Assembly (NCBI GenBank): GCA_002316005.1
Contig: DCIM01000049.1
Location: forward strand, 464-64,463
DNA: 64,000 nucleotides
Origin: Prevotellaceae bacterium UBA1726
GTDB taxonomy: Bacteria > Bacteroidota > Bacteroidia > Bacteroidales > Bacteroidaceae
Direction of reading: 5' to 3'
Shown: in pieces, positions 9,077 through 19,105 of the stretch
Position numbering within the stretch: the stretch's first letter is position 1
Layout: every line of letters begins with the position of its first letter
Program-made: the position numbers and the translations under genes
The notes under the pieces: model-generated
Databases searched by the model: none
Told to the model about the DNA's origin: nothing
Seen by the model: only the letters and a program-made list of their open reading frames with translations

Positions 9077-10294
9077 ATGCGAATGGATAAAGCAAAAATA
9101 TTGGCTTTCGCCCACCTTATTATATTATTAATGATGTTTCCTTCGGTTCTTTGCGCACAGAAGAAGGAGATATCTGAGGCACGCGCCAATATTAAGAAAG
9201 GCACCAACCTTGAGAATGCCGAAAACTCGATGCGAACACTTCTCAAGGACTCTGCCAACCGATATAACGAGAAGATTTGGCTCACGCTTTTTGACGCCGT
9301 GAAGAAACAATACGACCAGCTCAACGAGAAACTCTACCTCAAGCAGCAGTCGGATACGGCAAAGTTCTTCACCCACACCCGCCACATGTTTACCGTGCTT
9401 GAGAGTCTTGATTCGGTTGATGCCATGCCAAACAAGAAAGGCGTAATAGCACCAATCTATCGCCGCGCGCATGCGGCTTACCTCAGTCAGTATCGTGCAA
9501 ACCTTTTCGGTGGTGGCGCATATTATCTCGGCAAGCAGAACTATCAGGAGGCATTCAAGTGCTTCGATACATATATCCAGTGCGCGGTGCAGCCACTTTT
9601 CACGGATTATTTCTACAGTGCCAAGGATACACGCCTCAACGAAGCCGCATATTGGGCAGTGTTCTGCGGATATAAACTCAGCAATGTGACGATGATGGAC
9701 AAATATGCCCATATGGCTTTGCGCGACAAGACTCGTGAGGCATATCTGCTGCAATATATGGCCGAAGGATATCAGCTGAAGAATGATACGGCAAACTACA
9801 GGAAGACGCTGGAGGAAGGATTCCAGAAGTATCCGGAACATCAGTACTACTTCCCTCATCTGGCCATCTACTATGCACATAACGGTCGCGACAAGGATGT
9901 GCTCGACATCAGCGAGAAGGCACTTCGCCTGAATCCTAACAACGCCTCGGCATGGGTGGCAGAGAGTAGGGCATACTTCAACCTGGGCGACTATGATAAT
10001 TGCGTGACAGCATCAGACAAGGCGATAGCGCTGATGGACGATGTGCCACTTGTTTATCTCAATGCCGGAATGTCCTACTATAAGCGAGCGCTTCCTATTG
10101 CCCGCAAGCGAATTCAGAAGAAAGAAGACAAGGCAGAGATGACATCTCTTTATCGCCGAGCGTTGCCATATCTGGAGAAATACAGGAAACTGAGTCCCGA
10201 TGATAGTGCTATTTGGGCTCGTCCGCTCTATGACATCTACCTGAACCTCAACATGGGCGATGAATTCGAAGAGATGGAAAAATATGTAGAATAA
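9077..10294 (+). CDS. Secreted tetratricopeptide-repeat protein
   Basis: Signal peptide; TPR-like helices (KALRLNPNNASAW, AYFNLGDY). Confidence 0.8.
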   Translation: MRMDKAKILAFAHLIILLMMFPSVLCAQKKEISEARANIKKGTNLENAENSMRTLLKDSANRYNEKIWLTLFDAVKKQYDQLNEKLYLKQQSDTAKFFTHTRHMFTVLESLDSVDAMPNKKGVIAPIYRRAHAAYLSQYRANLFGGGAYYLGKQNYQEAFKCFDTYIQCAVQPLFTDYFYSAKDTRLNEAAYWAVFCGYKLSNVTMMDKYAHMALRDKTREAYLLQYMAEGYQLKNDTANYRKTLEEGFQKYPEHQYYFPHLAIYYAHNGRDKDVLDISEKALRLNPNNASAWVAESRAYFNLGDYDNCVTASDKAIALMDDVPLVYLNAGMSYYKRALPIARKRIQKKEDKAEMTSLYRRALPYLEKYRKLSPDDSAIWARPLYDIYLNLNMGDEFEEMEKYVE

Positions 10295-10425
10295 TTACAA
10301 GAATGCATGCAAGTGATAATAAATATTTATTATTTGCCTGCATTTTTTGCATTTTTATTTGGAGTATCGCCGAAAAATGAGTATCTTCGCATGAAAATTT
10401 AAATAACTAAATAAAAAGGTTTAGA

Positions 10426-11520
10426 ATGAAAAAGTACAATTTCAACGCAGGTCCATGCGTTCTTCCAAAGGAAGCTATTGAATCAACAATCGAAGCAATC
10501 CGCGATTTCGACGGTACAGGTATCGGTTTGTTGGAAATCTCTCACCGTACTCCAGGCTGGGAGCGTATTATGGCAGAAACACGTCAGCTTTGGCGTGACC
10601 TCTTGAACATCCCAGAGGATTATGAGATTCTCTTCCTCGGTGGTGGTGCAAGCACACAGTTCTTCACTCTTCCTGCAAACTTGCTCAAGAAGAAGGCTGC
10701 TTATCTTCAGACAGGTGTTTGGGGTAAGAAGGCTGCTAAGGAGGCAAAGGTCTTCGGCGAAGTTGTTATTGTAGCTTCTTCAGAGGATAAGACTTACACA
10801 TATATCCCTAAGGATTACGAGATTCCTGCTGATGCTGATTATTTCCACATCACAACAAACAATACTATCTACGGTACTGAGATCAAGTATGATATGGATA
10901 GCCCAGTAACTCTCGTTGCTGATATGTCTTCAGACATCATGAGCCGTCCTGTTGATGTTACAAAGTATGGTATCATCTATGGTGGTGCTCAGAAGAATGT
11001 TGGTCCTGCTGGTGTAACTTTCGTTATCGTTCGCAAGGATATCCTCGGCCAGATTGGCGATCGTCCTTACATGAACCCACTCCCAACAATGGTTGACTAT
11101 CGTACTCACGCAGCTGCAGAGGCAAAGAATATCTCTCAGTTCAATACTCCTCCAGTACTTCCTATCTTTGTTATGCACGAGACATTGAAGTGGGTTAAGT
11201 CTATCGGTGGTGTTGAGGAGATGCAGCGTCGCAACCAGAAGAAGGCAGAGACTCTCTATGCAGAGATCGACCGCAACAAGCTCTTCGTTGGTACTGCTGT
11301 TAAGGAAGACCGCTCGTTGATGAATGTATGCTTCGTTATGAACGAGGAGTACAAGGAACTCGAGGCTGAGTTCATGGAGTATGCTAAGGAGTGTGGTATG
11401 GTTGGTATCAAGGGTCACCGTTCAGTAGGTGGTTTCCGCGCATCTCTTTACAATGCATGTCCTCAGGAGGCTGTTGATGCCCTCGTTAAGTGCATGCAGG
11501 ATTTCGAAGCTAAACATTAA
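10426..11520 (+). CDS. serC: Phosphoserine aminotransferase
   Basis: [30 protein letters not shown] (PLP lysine), [11 protein letters not shown]. Confidence 0.97.
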   Translation: MKKYNFNAGPCVLPKEAIESTIEAIRDFDGTGIGLLEISHRTPGWERIMAETRQLWRDLLNIPEDYEILFLGGGASTQFFTLPANLLKKKAAYLQTGVWGKKAAKEAKVFGEVVIVASSEDKTYTYIPKDYEIPADADYFHITTNNTIYGTEIKYDMDSPVTLVADMSSDIMSRPVDVTKYGIIYGGAQKNVGPAGVTFVIVRKDILGQIGDRPYMNPLPTMVDYRTHAAAEAKNISQFNTPPVLPIFVMHETLKWVKSIGGVEEMQRRNQKKAETLYAEIDRNKLFVGTAVKEDRSLMNVCFVMNEEYKELEAEFMEYAKECGMVGIKGHRSVGGFRASLYNACPQEAVDALVKCMQDFEAKH

Positions 11521-11522
11521 GG

Positions 11523-11635
11523 GCCCACCCAAGCCCTCCCAAAGGGAGGGATGTTTAATTGATTATAATAATTAATATAAAAAAATCCAAGTCTTCCTAA
11601 ATACATCCTTCCCTTTGGGAAGGCTTGGTTAGGCT
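11523..11635. repeat. Inverted doublet of REP-like palindromes (REPIN-like)
   Basis: gcccacccaagccctcccaaagggagggatgtt (11523-11555) and a near reverse complement at 11603-11635. Confidence 0.8.
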
Positions 11636-11639
11636 ATAT

Positions 11640-12557
11640 ATGAAAGTATTAGTTGCTACAGAGAAGCCATTCGCAGCAGCTGCTGTTGAGGGCATTCGTA
11701 AGGAAGTAGAAGGAGCAGGTCACGAACTTGTACTCCTTGAGAAATATACAGAGAAGGCACAGCTCCTCGAGGCTGTTGCTGACGCTGACGCTATGATCAT
11801 CCGTTCAGACAAGGCAGATGCTGAGGTTTTGGCTGCTGCAAAGAATCTGAAGATCGTTGTTCGTGCTGGTGCTGGTTATGATAACATCGACCTCGCTGCT
11901 GCTACTGCTCACAATATCGTTGCAGAGAACACTCCTGGTCAGAACGCAAATGCTGTTGCCGAACTCGTTCTCGGTCTTCTCGTTTTCGCTGTTCGTAATT
12001 TCTACAATGGTAAGGCTGGTTCTGAGTTGATGGGTAAGAAACTCGGTATCCTTGCTTTCGGTAATGTAGGTCGCAATGTGGCTCGTATCGCAAAGGGCTT
12101 CGGTATGGAAATCATGGCTTACGATGCATTCTGCCCAGCAGAGGCTATAGAGGCTGCTGGTGTCAAGGCTGCTGCTTCTCAGGATGAGTTGTTCGAGCAG
12201 TGTGACATCGTTTCTCTCCATATCCCTGCTACTCCAGAGACAAAGCAGAGCATCAACTACGACCTCTGTGGTAAGATGCGCAAGGGTGCAATCCTTATCA
12301 ACACAGCTCGTAAGGAAGTTATCGACGAGGCTGGTTTGCTGAAGCTTATGGCAGAGCGTACAGACTTGAAGTACATCACTGACATTATGCCAGATGCAGA
12401 TGCAGAGTTCAAGGCATTCGAGGGCCGCTACTTCTCAACACCTAAGAAGATGGGTGCTCAGACAGCAGAGGCTAACACTAATGCCGGTATCGCTGCAGCA
12501 AAGCAGATCAATGCTTACTTCGCTGACGGTTGCACTAAGTTCCAGGTAAATAAATAA
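11640..12557 (+). CDS. serA: D-3-phosphoglycerate dehydrogenase (short type)
   Basis: RAGAGYDNID, NTPGQNANAVAE, LINTAR; follows serC; ATG at 11640 preferred. Confidence 0.9.
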   Translation: MKVLVATEKPFAAAAVEGIRKEVEGAGHELVLLEKYTEKAQLLEAVADADAMIIRSDKADAEVLAAAKNLKIVVRAGAGYDNIDLAAATAHNIVAENTPGQNANAVAELVLGLLVFAVRNFYNGKAGSELMGKKLGILAFGNVGRNVARIAKGFGMEIMAYDAFCPAEAIEAAGVKAAASQDELFEQCDIVSLHIPATPETKQSINYDLCGKMRKGAILINTARKEVIDEAGLLKLMAERTDLKYITDIMPDADAEFKAFEGRYFSTPKKMGAQTAEANTNAGIAAAKQINAYFADGCTKFQVNK

Positions 12558-12633
12558 TTCCTGCCATAGCTGATAATATCTATTATATCTATAATTACTA
12601 CTAACCTATAACAACTATTAATAATACAATAAT

Positions 12634-13902
12634 ATGGCAAGAATTAAGCCTTTCAAGGGTATCCGCCCTCCAAAAGAATTGGTTGAGCAGGTAGAGTCAC
12701 GCCCTTATGATGTTCTTGAATCTGAAGAGGCTCGTGTAGAAGCAGGTGATAACGAGAAATCGCTTTATCATATCATCAAACCAGAAATCAACTTCGAACC
12801 AGGTACATCGGAGTATGATCCTAAGGTTTATACAGAGGCTGCTCGTCAGTTCCAGCTTTTCCAGGACAACGGCTGGTTGAAGCAGGATGATAAGGAACTT
12901 TATTACATCTATGCTCAGACTTCTCATCTTCCTGCCAATGGCGGTAAGGAGAAGACTCAGTATGGTCTTGTGATTGGTGCTTATCAGGGTGACTACAAGT
13001 CGGGTGTTATCAAGAAGCATGAGCTTACTCGTCGTGATAAGGAAGAGGATCGTATGAAGCATGTTCGTGTGAACAACGCAAATATCGAACCAGTATTCTT
13101 CGCTTATCCTGATAACGAGACACTTGATTCACTTATCATGCGTTATGCAGCTACAGAACCTGAATATGACTTCATTGCTCCAATCGATGGTTTTGGTCAT
13201 AAGTTGTGGGTTGTAAGTGATGACAAGGATATTCAGACAATCACAGAGGAGTTTGCAAAAATGCCAGCTCTCTATATTGCTGATGGCCATCATCGTTCGG
13301 CAGCAGCTGCTCTTGTTGGTGCAGAAAAGGCAGAACAGAATCCAAATCATACTGGCGACGAGGAATACAACTTCTTCATGGCTGTTGCTTTCCAGGCTTC
13401 GCAGTTGACAGTTCTCGACTATAACCGAGTTTTCAAAGATCTCAATGGTAACACATCTGAGGAGTTCCTTGCAAAGTTGGCAGAAAACTTCGTTGTAGAG
13501 AACAAGGGCGCTGAGGAATATCGTCCTGCAAAGGCTCATGAGTTCTCGCTCTACCTTGATGGTGAGTGGTGGTCGCTCAATGCAAAACCAGGCACTTTCG
13601 ATGATAGCGATCCAATTGGCGTACTTGATGTTGACATCTCTTCACGCCTGATTCTTCAGGAAATCCTTGAACTCGGTGACCTCCGTTCTTCAAAGCGTGT
13701 TGACTTTGTTGGTGGTCTTCGTGGTCTTGGTGAACTGAAGCGTCGTGTTGATTCTGGCGAGATGCGTGCAGCATTGGCACTTTATCCTGTTTCAATGAAA
13801 CAGATAATGGACATTGCTGATTCTGGAAACATCATGCCTCCAAAGGCAACATGGTTTGAACCAAAGTTGCGCTCAGGTCTCGTTATTCATAAGTTAGATT
13901 AA
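12634..13902 (+). CDS. DUF1015 family protein
   Basis: RPYDV, KKHELT, YIADGHHR, MPPKATWFEPKLRSGL; usual serC-serA-DUF1015 synteny. Confidence 0.92.
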   Translation: MARIKPFKGIRPPKELVEQVESRPYDVLESEEARVEAGDNEKSLYHIIKPEINFEPGTSEYDPKVYTEAARQFQLFQDNGWLKQDDKELYYIYAQTSHLPANGGKEKTQYGLVIGAYQGDYKSGVIKKHELTRRDKEEDRMKHVRVNNANIEPVFFAYPDNETLDSLIMRYAATEPEYDFIAPIDGFGHKLWVVSDDKDIQTITEEFAKMPALYIADGHHRSAAAALVGAEKAEQNPNHTGDEEYNFFMAVAFQASQLTVLDYNRVFKDLNGNTSEEFLAKLAENFVVENKGAEEYRPAKAHEFSLYLDGEWWSLNAKPGTFDDSDPIGVLDVDISSRLILQEILELGDLRSSKRVDFVGGLRGLGELKRRVDSGEMRAALALYPVSMKQIMDIADSGNIMPPKATWFEPKLRSGLVIHKLD

Positions 13903-13947
13903 TCTAGAATCTCTAGAACATCTAGAACTTCTAGAAAATCCAGTATA
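13903..13947. repeat. 9-bp tandem repeat (tctagaaNN x4-5)
   Basis: tctagaatc tctagaaca tctagaact tctagaaaa tccagtata. Confidence 0.85.
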
Positions 13948-13951
13948 AGAA

Positions 13952-14533
13952 TTGGATTCCTACAAGACGATAAATAACATTGCCGAAGGCTATTACACAG
14001 AGAAGCGAAGCAAGTTCTATGCTTTTGCTCATCATGTGGAATCGGCCGATGAGGTGAAAGAACTATTGGCTGGGTATCGTAAGAAATATTACGATGCCCG
14101 CCATGTTTGTTGGGCTTACCGATTAGGTCCGACAGGCGAGGAATTCCGTATGAATGATGATGGCGAACCATCGTCAACAGCTGGAAAACCAATTCATGGT
14201 CAGTTGGTAAGTAAAGAACTTACTGATATCGTTGTGTTCGTAATCCGTTATTATGGAGGTGTAAACCTTGGTACAAGCGGATTGATCATTGCCTATCGAG
14301 AGGCCACAATCGATGCTTTGAACAATGCAGAAGTAGAGGAGAGGCTTGTTGAAAGTATCATTGAGTATTCTTTCCCTTATGCCATGATGAATGGCGTAAT
14401 GAAAATTGTCAAAGACCTGAATCCACGCATTGTGTCACAGACCTTTGACAATACTTGCTCAATAAAACTTGCTATTCGTGAGAGCATGGCAGAGCAATTA
14501 CAATCTCGCCTTGATAAACTCTCTTTTGAATAA
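13952..14533 (+). CDS. yigZ: YigZ/IMPACT family protein
   Basis: EKRSKF, ARHVCWAY, DDGEPSSTAG, RYYGGVNLGTSGL. Confidence 0.92.
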   Translation: MDSYKTINNIAEGYYTEKRSKFYAFAHHVESADEVKELLAGYRKKYYDARHVCWAYRLGPTGEEFRMNDDGEPSSTAGKPIHGQLVSKELTDIVVFVIRYYGGVNLGTSGLIIAYREATIDALNNAEVEERLVESIIEYSFPYAMMNGVMKIVKDLNPRIVSQTFDNTCSIKLAIRESMAEQLQSRLDKLSFE

Positions 14534-14562
14534 AATTCATTTGTTTCTGTTTGCTCTAAGAA

Positions 14563-16350
14563 TTAGGCGAATTCGCTTAACTCCAACCAACGCATAGATT
14601 TCTCGTCGAGTTCATCGTTGAGTAATGGCAAACGGATGCTCATCTTTGTTATTTCGTCAACAGAAAGCGTTCCGCCGCAAAGAGCATCTTCAATCTGTTT
14701 TTTCTCGTTTTCCAGTTTCTCAATGTCTTTTTCCAGTTGCTGGAATTCCATCTTCTCCTTATACGAGAGTCGACGACGAGTGTCGTTATGGTAATCCTTC
14801 TTTGCAGGTTGTGCAGCACTCTTGCTGTCAGCCTTTTCCTTTGCCTGCGCCTTTGACTCGAGAGTTGTAAACTCGCGATATTGCGTGTAGTTACCAGGAA
14901 AATCCTGAATCTTTCCTTCACCATGGAAAACAAGCAAATGGTCAACCACCTTGTCCATGAAATAGCGGTCGTGACTTACAACAATCACACAACCAGGGAA
15001 ATCCTGCAGATATTCCTCCAGAACCTGAAGCGTCTGAATATCAAGGTCGTTTGTCGGCTCATCAAGAATGAGGAAATTCGGATTCTTCATCAGCACAGTA
15101 CACAAGTACAACTTTCGGCGCTCACCGCCAGAGAGTTTATACACATAGTTGTGCTGTTGTTCGGGAGTGAACAAGAAGAACTGAAGTAACTGCGAGGCAG
15201 TGAGTTTCTTGCCTCCAAGGTCGATATAATCAGCAATATCCGTTATGACATCAATGACTTTCTGCTGTTCGTCGAATTTCAATCCGTCCTGCGAGAAATA
15301 ACCGAAGTTGACTGTCTCACCAATGTCGAACTTGCCCGAATCAGGTGCCACCAAACCGAGAAGCATCTTTACGAATGTAGATTTTCCTGTGCCGTTATTT
15401 CCCACAATACCCATTTTTTCAAAACGGGCGAAGTTGTAGTAGAAATCCTTGAGAATTACCTTCTCCGGAAGACTGTCGTTGAAAGTCTTAGATACATACT
15501 GGCACTCGAAGATCTTACTACCTATATACACCTTTGAAGCCTTCAAACGAATCTGGCGTTCTTCAATTCGCTGCTTTGCCACGCGCTCCAGTTCGTAGAA
15601 AGCATCCTCGCGATACTTAGCCTTATGACCACGAGCCTGTGGTTGACGACGCATCCATTCCAACTCTGTGCGATAGAGATTATTGGCACGAGCCACTTCA
15701 GCACGCATATTGTCAATGCGCTCCTGGCGTTTCTCCAGATAATATGCGTAGTTGCCGCGATATGAATAGATTGTCTGATTATCGAGTTCAAGGATGGTGT
15801 CGCACACACGATCAAGGAAATAACGATCGTGAGTAACCATCAAGATGGTTTTGTTTCCCCTTTGCAACCAACCTTCAAGCCAGATAATCATATCAAGGTC
15901 GAGGTGGTTTGTTGGCTCATCAAGAAGTAGGAAGTCTGGTTCAAGGATAAGTACATTGGCAAGAGCAACTCGCTTCTGCTGACCGCCAGAGAGTTGCTTC
16001 ATCGGTTGGTTGAGGTCGGTAATCTTCAACTGTGTGAGAATCTGCTTTGCCTTGAGAATCTTCTCTTCGTTGCCCTCATGATTGAAACAAGCATCCAACA
16101 CACTTTCCTCTGGGTCGAAGGTTGGTGTCTGCGTAAGGAAACCAGTGCGCAAATCGCGACGATAGATGATATCGCCACTATCGTAGCCCTCGTCATTCAT
16201 GAGAATCTTCATGAGGGTAGACTTTCCCGTTCCGTTTTTGGCAATAAGACCAATGCGCTGACCTTCGCCAACGCTGAAACAAATATTACGGAACAACACC
16301 TGTGCACCGAAACTCTTTGTCAGATTTTGTACATCAAGATAAGGAACCAT
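14563..16350 (-). CDS. ABC-F family ATPase (Uup-like)
   Basis: Two ABC cassettes (NGTGKST, LSGG, LDEPTN) and a C-terminal coiled coil; no TM segments. Confidence 0.93.
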   Translation of the reverse strand: MVPYLDVQNLTKSFGAQVLFRNICFSVGEGQRIGLIAKNGTGKSTLMKILMNDEGYDSGDIIYRRDLRTGFLTQTPTFDPEESVLDACFNHEGNEEKILKAKQILTQLKITDLNQPMKQLSGGQQKRVALANVLILEPDFLLLDEPTNHLDLDMIIWLEGWLQRGNKTILMVTHDRYFLDRVCDTILELDNQTIYSYRGNYAYYLEKRQERIDNMRAEVARANNLYRTELEWMRRQPQARGHKAKYREDAFYELERVAKQRIEERQIRLKASKVYIGSKIFECQYVSKTFNDSLPEKVILKDFYYNFARFEKMGIVGNNGTGKSTFVKMLLGLVAPDSGKFDIGETVNFGYFSQDGLKFDEQQKVIDVITDIADYIDLGGKKLTASQLLQFFLFTPEQQHNYVYKLSGGERRKLYLCTVLMKNPNFLILDEPTNDLDIQTLQVLEEYLQDFPGCVIVVSHDRYFMDKVVDHLLVFHGEGKIQDFPGNYTQYREFTTLESKAQAKEKADSKSAAQPAKKDYHNDTRRRLSYKEKMEFQQLEKDIEKLENEKKQIEDALCGGTLSVDEITKMSIRLPLLNDELDEKSMRWLELSEFA

Positions 16351-16970
16351 TACTCTTTGCCTGGAAGGAATCGTTCTATATATTCAAGAACCTCATCTCG
16401 TCCTTGGCGCTTCTCTGAAGAAGTGATGAAGTAAGGTGGCAGTTCTTCCCAACCATCTTCAAGTTGTTTCATCCATGCCTCAGCATTGGCTTTTGCCTTA
16501 GGCAAGCCCACCTTATCAGCCTTTGTGAATACGATAGAGAAAGGAATTCCGCTCACACCAAGCCAATCAATGAATTCACGGTCAATCTTCTGCTGCTCAT
16601 GGCGCACATCAATAAGAACAAACACATTTACGAGTTGCTCGCGCTGGAGAATGTAGCTTGAAATCATCTGCTCCAACTGCTGCTGAACAGACTTGCTGCG
16701 CTTAGCAAAGCCATAGCCCGGGAGATCGACAAGATACCATTCATTCTTATCTTTTTCGTTTGTACTTTCAATATAGAAGTGGTTGATAAGCAGAGTCTTA
16801 CCCGGTGTTGCTGAAGTTTTTGCCAAACCTTTGCGACCACAGAGCATATTGATAAGTGACGACTTTCCTACATTACTTCTGCCAATAAAGGCATACTCCG
16901 GTTTGTCATCTTTTGGGCACATCGAAACGCGAGGTGCCGAGAGAGTGAATTTTGCGTTCTTGATAATCAT
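16350..16970 (-). CDS. engB: Ribosome biogenesis GTPase YihA/YsxC
   Basis: [23 protein letters not shown]. Confidence 0.95.
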   Translation of the reverse strand: MIIKNAKFTLSAPRVSMCPKDDKPEYAFIGRSNVGKSSLINMLCGRKGLAKTSATPGKTLLINHFYIESTNEKDKNEWYLVDLPGYGFAKRSKSVQQQLEQMISSYILQREQLVNVFVLIDVRHEQQKIDREFIDWLGVSGIPFSIVFTKADKVGLPKAKANAEAWMKQLEDGWEELPPYFITSSEKRQGRDEVLEYIERFLPGKE

Positions 16971-16997
16971 ATATTGTAAATTCTTTATTTCAAATTA

Positions 16998-17702
16998 TTA
17001 CTTGTTTTCCTCGTCAACTCCCAAACCAAACAGAGCAAAGTCTGCTTTTGTCGGGTCATCAGGGAAGAATTCTTTCAGTCGGTTGGTCAGTTTTATTGCT
17101 GTTGCCATTGAACCAGTCTTGCTTTCAATCAATCCCAGCTTCTGTGCTTCTTGCAATACATGAGTGTCCATTGGCATTATGAGCGTTGACTTATCTATCT
17201 GCTTTGTCCACAGGCCGAGGTCAACCGGTGAGTTGTCGCGAACCATCCAGCGAAGGAACATACAAACCCTTTTGCATGAAGAGTTTGTGTTCTTTGGAAT
17301 CAAGTCGCTTGCATTATGTGCAGCAAAATGACTTGTGATGAGACTTACTGCATCAATTGCTGTGTGGATGTCGTTCGCTTTTATCCACTCACCGAGTGAA
17401 CCATATTCCGCCTCAATGCCATCAACGACCGAGAGGAAACGCCGAACCATCCTGTTTGTATGCAACCTGTAGAAGCAATCGTCGTTATCAGGGATAATCC
17501 CACCGTCAAGGATATATTGAATACGCGGAATGAACTGCTTGCGTGAACCATAACTCAGGGCTGCAGCAATGAATGCAGCTCTTTCCTGTTGGTTTGGCTC
17601 AGAGAAGCGATGCATAAACTGCGATGGATCATCTTTTATGAAATCCGCAGTTTCGTATTTCTCTGCTAATGATTGCAGTCTTTCTTTCAATGCAATGTCC
17701 AT
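16998..17702 (-). CDS. TIGR02757/DUF2400 family protein
   Basis: DDP, SSCKRVCMFLRWMVR, VDLGLW, PMDTHV, DPTKADFALFGLG. Confidence 0.88.
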   Translation of the reverse strand: MDIALKERLQSLAEKYETADFIKDDPSQFMHRFSEPNQQERAAFIAAALSYGSRKQFIPRIQYILDGGIIPDNDDCFYRLHTNRMVRRFLSVVDGIEAEYGSLGEWIKANDIHTAIDAVSLITSHFAAHNASDLIPKNTNSSCKRVCMFLRWMVRDNSPVDLGLWTKQIDKSTLIMPMDTHVLQEAQKLGLIESKTGSMATAIKLTNRLKEFFPDDPTKADFALFGLGVDEENK

Positions 17703-17704
17703 TG

Positions 17705-19099
17705 TTACCAGCATTCTGTTTCATCAGCAATCTCCGGACAAGTCTCCTTGTGATAGACAGGGTTCTTCCCTTGCTTTACTTGACTGCGATAATCATCAAG
17801 AAGACGAATAGCATACTTGCCAAGTATGAGTATTGCAATAAGGTTGGTCACAGTCATAAACACCATGAAGAAATCAACCAGTGCCCATACTATATCTATT
17901 GCCATCAGCGAGCCGATGAATATGAGTATTCCAAGAATAACGCGGTAGACATTGACTGCAGAAGGAGTCCATTTCGCACCATTGCAAAGGAATTGTACAT
18001 TGCACTCGCCATAATAATAGTTGCCGATGACGCTCGAAAAGGCAAAGAACAGAATCGCGATAGCAATGATTGACTTACCCAATTCTCCGATATGTGAAGA
18101 TAATGCAACCTGTGTCAGTTCAATGCCGTTTGCACCACAATCGTAGAGTCCTGAGCACATGATGATAAATGCCGTGCAAGAACAAACAATCAAAGTATCT
18201 GTGTAAACGCCAAGTGTCTGTATAAGACCCTGCTTAACAGGATGGCTCACCTCAGCAGTAGCTGCCGCATTTGGTGCACTACCTTCACCCGCTTCGTTTG
18301 AGAATATACCTCGTTTGAATCCCATCATAATGGCCATGCCAACGGTTCCACCTGCTACACGATCAATGCCTAACGCATCCTTTACAATCAGTGAGAATAC
18401 TTGTGGAATGAGGTCGTAATGAGCAATCATTATTCCCAATGCCAAAACAAGATAGCCCAATGCCATGAAAGGAACGATGACTTCGCAGACTTTTGCTATA
18501 CGCTTAATTCCACCAAAGACAATTACCAGTGACAATATGGTAAGGGCAGAAGCCATTATATATGGACTGATTCCAAAAGCCTGTGTGAATGCTGATGATA
18601 TTGTGTTTGCCTGAACCATATTGTTGGTTAAACCAAACTGCCCAATGATACAAACCGCAAAGATACATGCAAACCAGCGTTTCTTAATACCTTTGGTAAT
18701 ATAGAATGCGGGACCTCCTATATAGGAGTCCTTTCCACGAATCTTGAACAATTGGGCAAGAGTACACTCAACAAAGGTGTTTACACTACCAATCAGAGCC
18801 ATTACCCACATCCAGAATATAGCGCCAGGGCCACCTATTACGATAGCAGTAGCCACACCAGCAAGGTTGCCCGTTCCAACACGAGTCGCCAGAGACACGG
18901 TGAAAGCTTGGAAACTGCTTACCTGACCGTGTTTGTCGGAAGGCTTGAACAAAGTGCGAATCATTTCTCCAACCATACGGAACTGCATGAAGCGTGTACG
19001 GAAGGTGAACCACAAACCTGTTATGGACAATGCTACAACGAGGATAACACCAAGGTGTTCGTTGGCTTCATTGAGTAATGTGACAATCTTTTCGAGCAT
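17705..19099 (-). CDS. Alanine/glycine:cation symporter (AGCS family)
   Basis: RVGTGNLAGVA, GGPGAIFWMW, RGIFSNEAGEGS, HPVKQG. Confidence 0.94.
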   Translation of the reverse strand: MLEKIVTLLNEANEHLGVILVVALSITGLWFTFRTRFMQFRMVGEMIRTLFKPSDKHGQVSSFQAFTVSLATRVGTGNLAGVATAIVIGGPGAIFWMWVMALIGSVNTFVECTLAQLFKIRGKDSYIGGPAFYITKGIKKRWFACIFAVCIIGQFGLTNNMVQANTISSAFTQAFGISPYIMASALTILSLVIVFGGIKRIAKVCEVIVPFMALGYLVLALGIMIAHYDLIPQVFSLIVKDALGIDRVAGGTVGMAIMMGFKRGIFSNEAGEGSAPNAAATAEVSHPVKQGLIQTLGVYTDTLIVCSCTAFIIMCSGLYDCGANGIELTQVALSSHIGELGKSIIAIAILFFAFSSVIGNYYYGECNVQFLCNGAKWTPSAVNVYRVILGILIFIGSLMAIDIVWALVDFFMVFMTVTNLIAILILGKYAIRLLDDYRSQVKQGKNPVYHKETCPEIADETECW

Positions 19100-19105
19100 A
19101 TTTGT

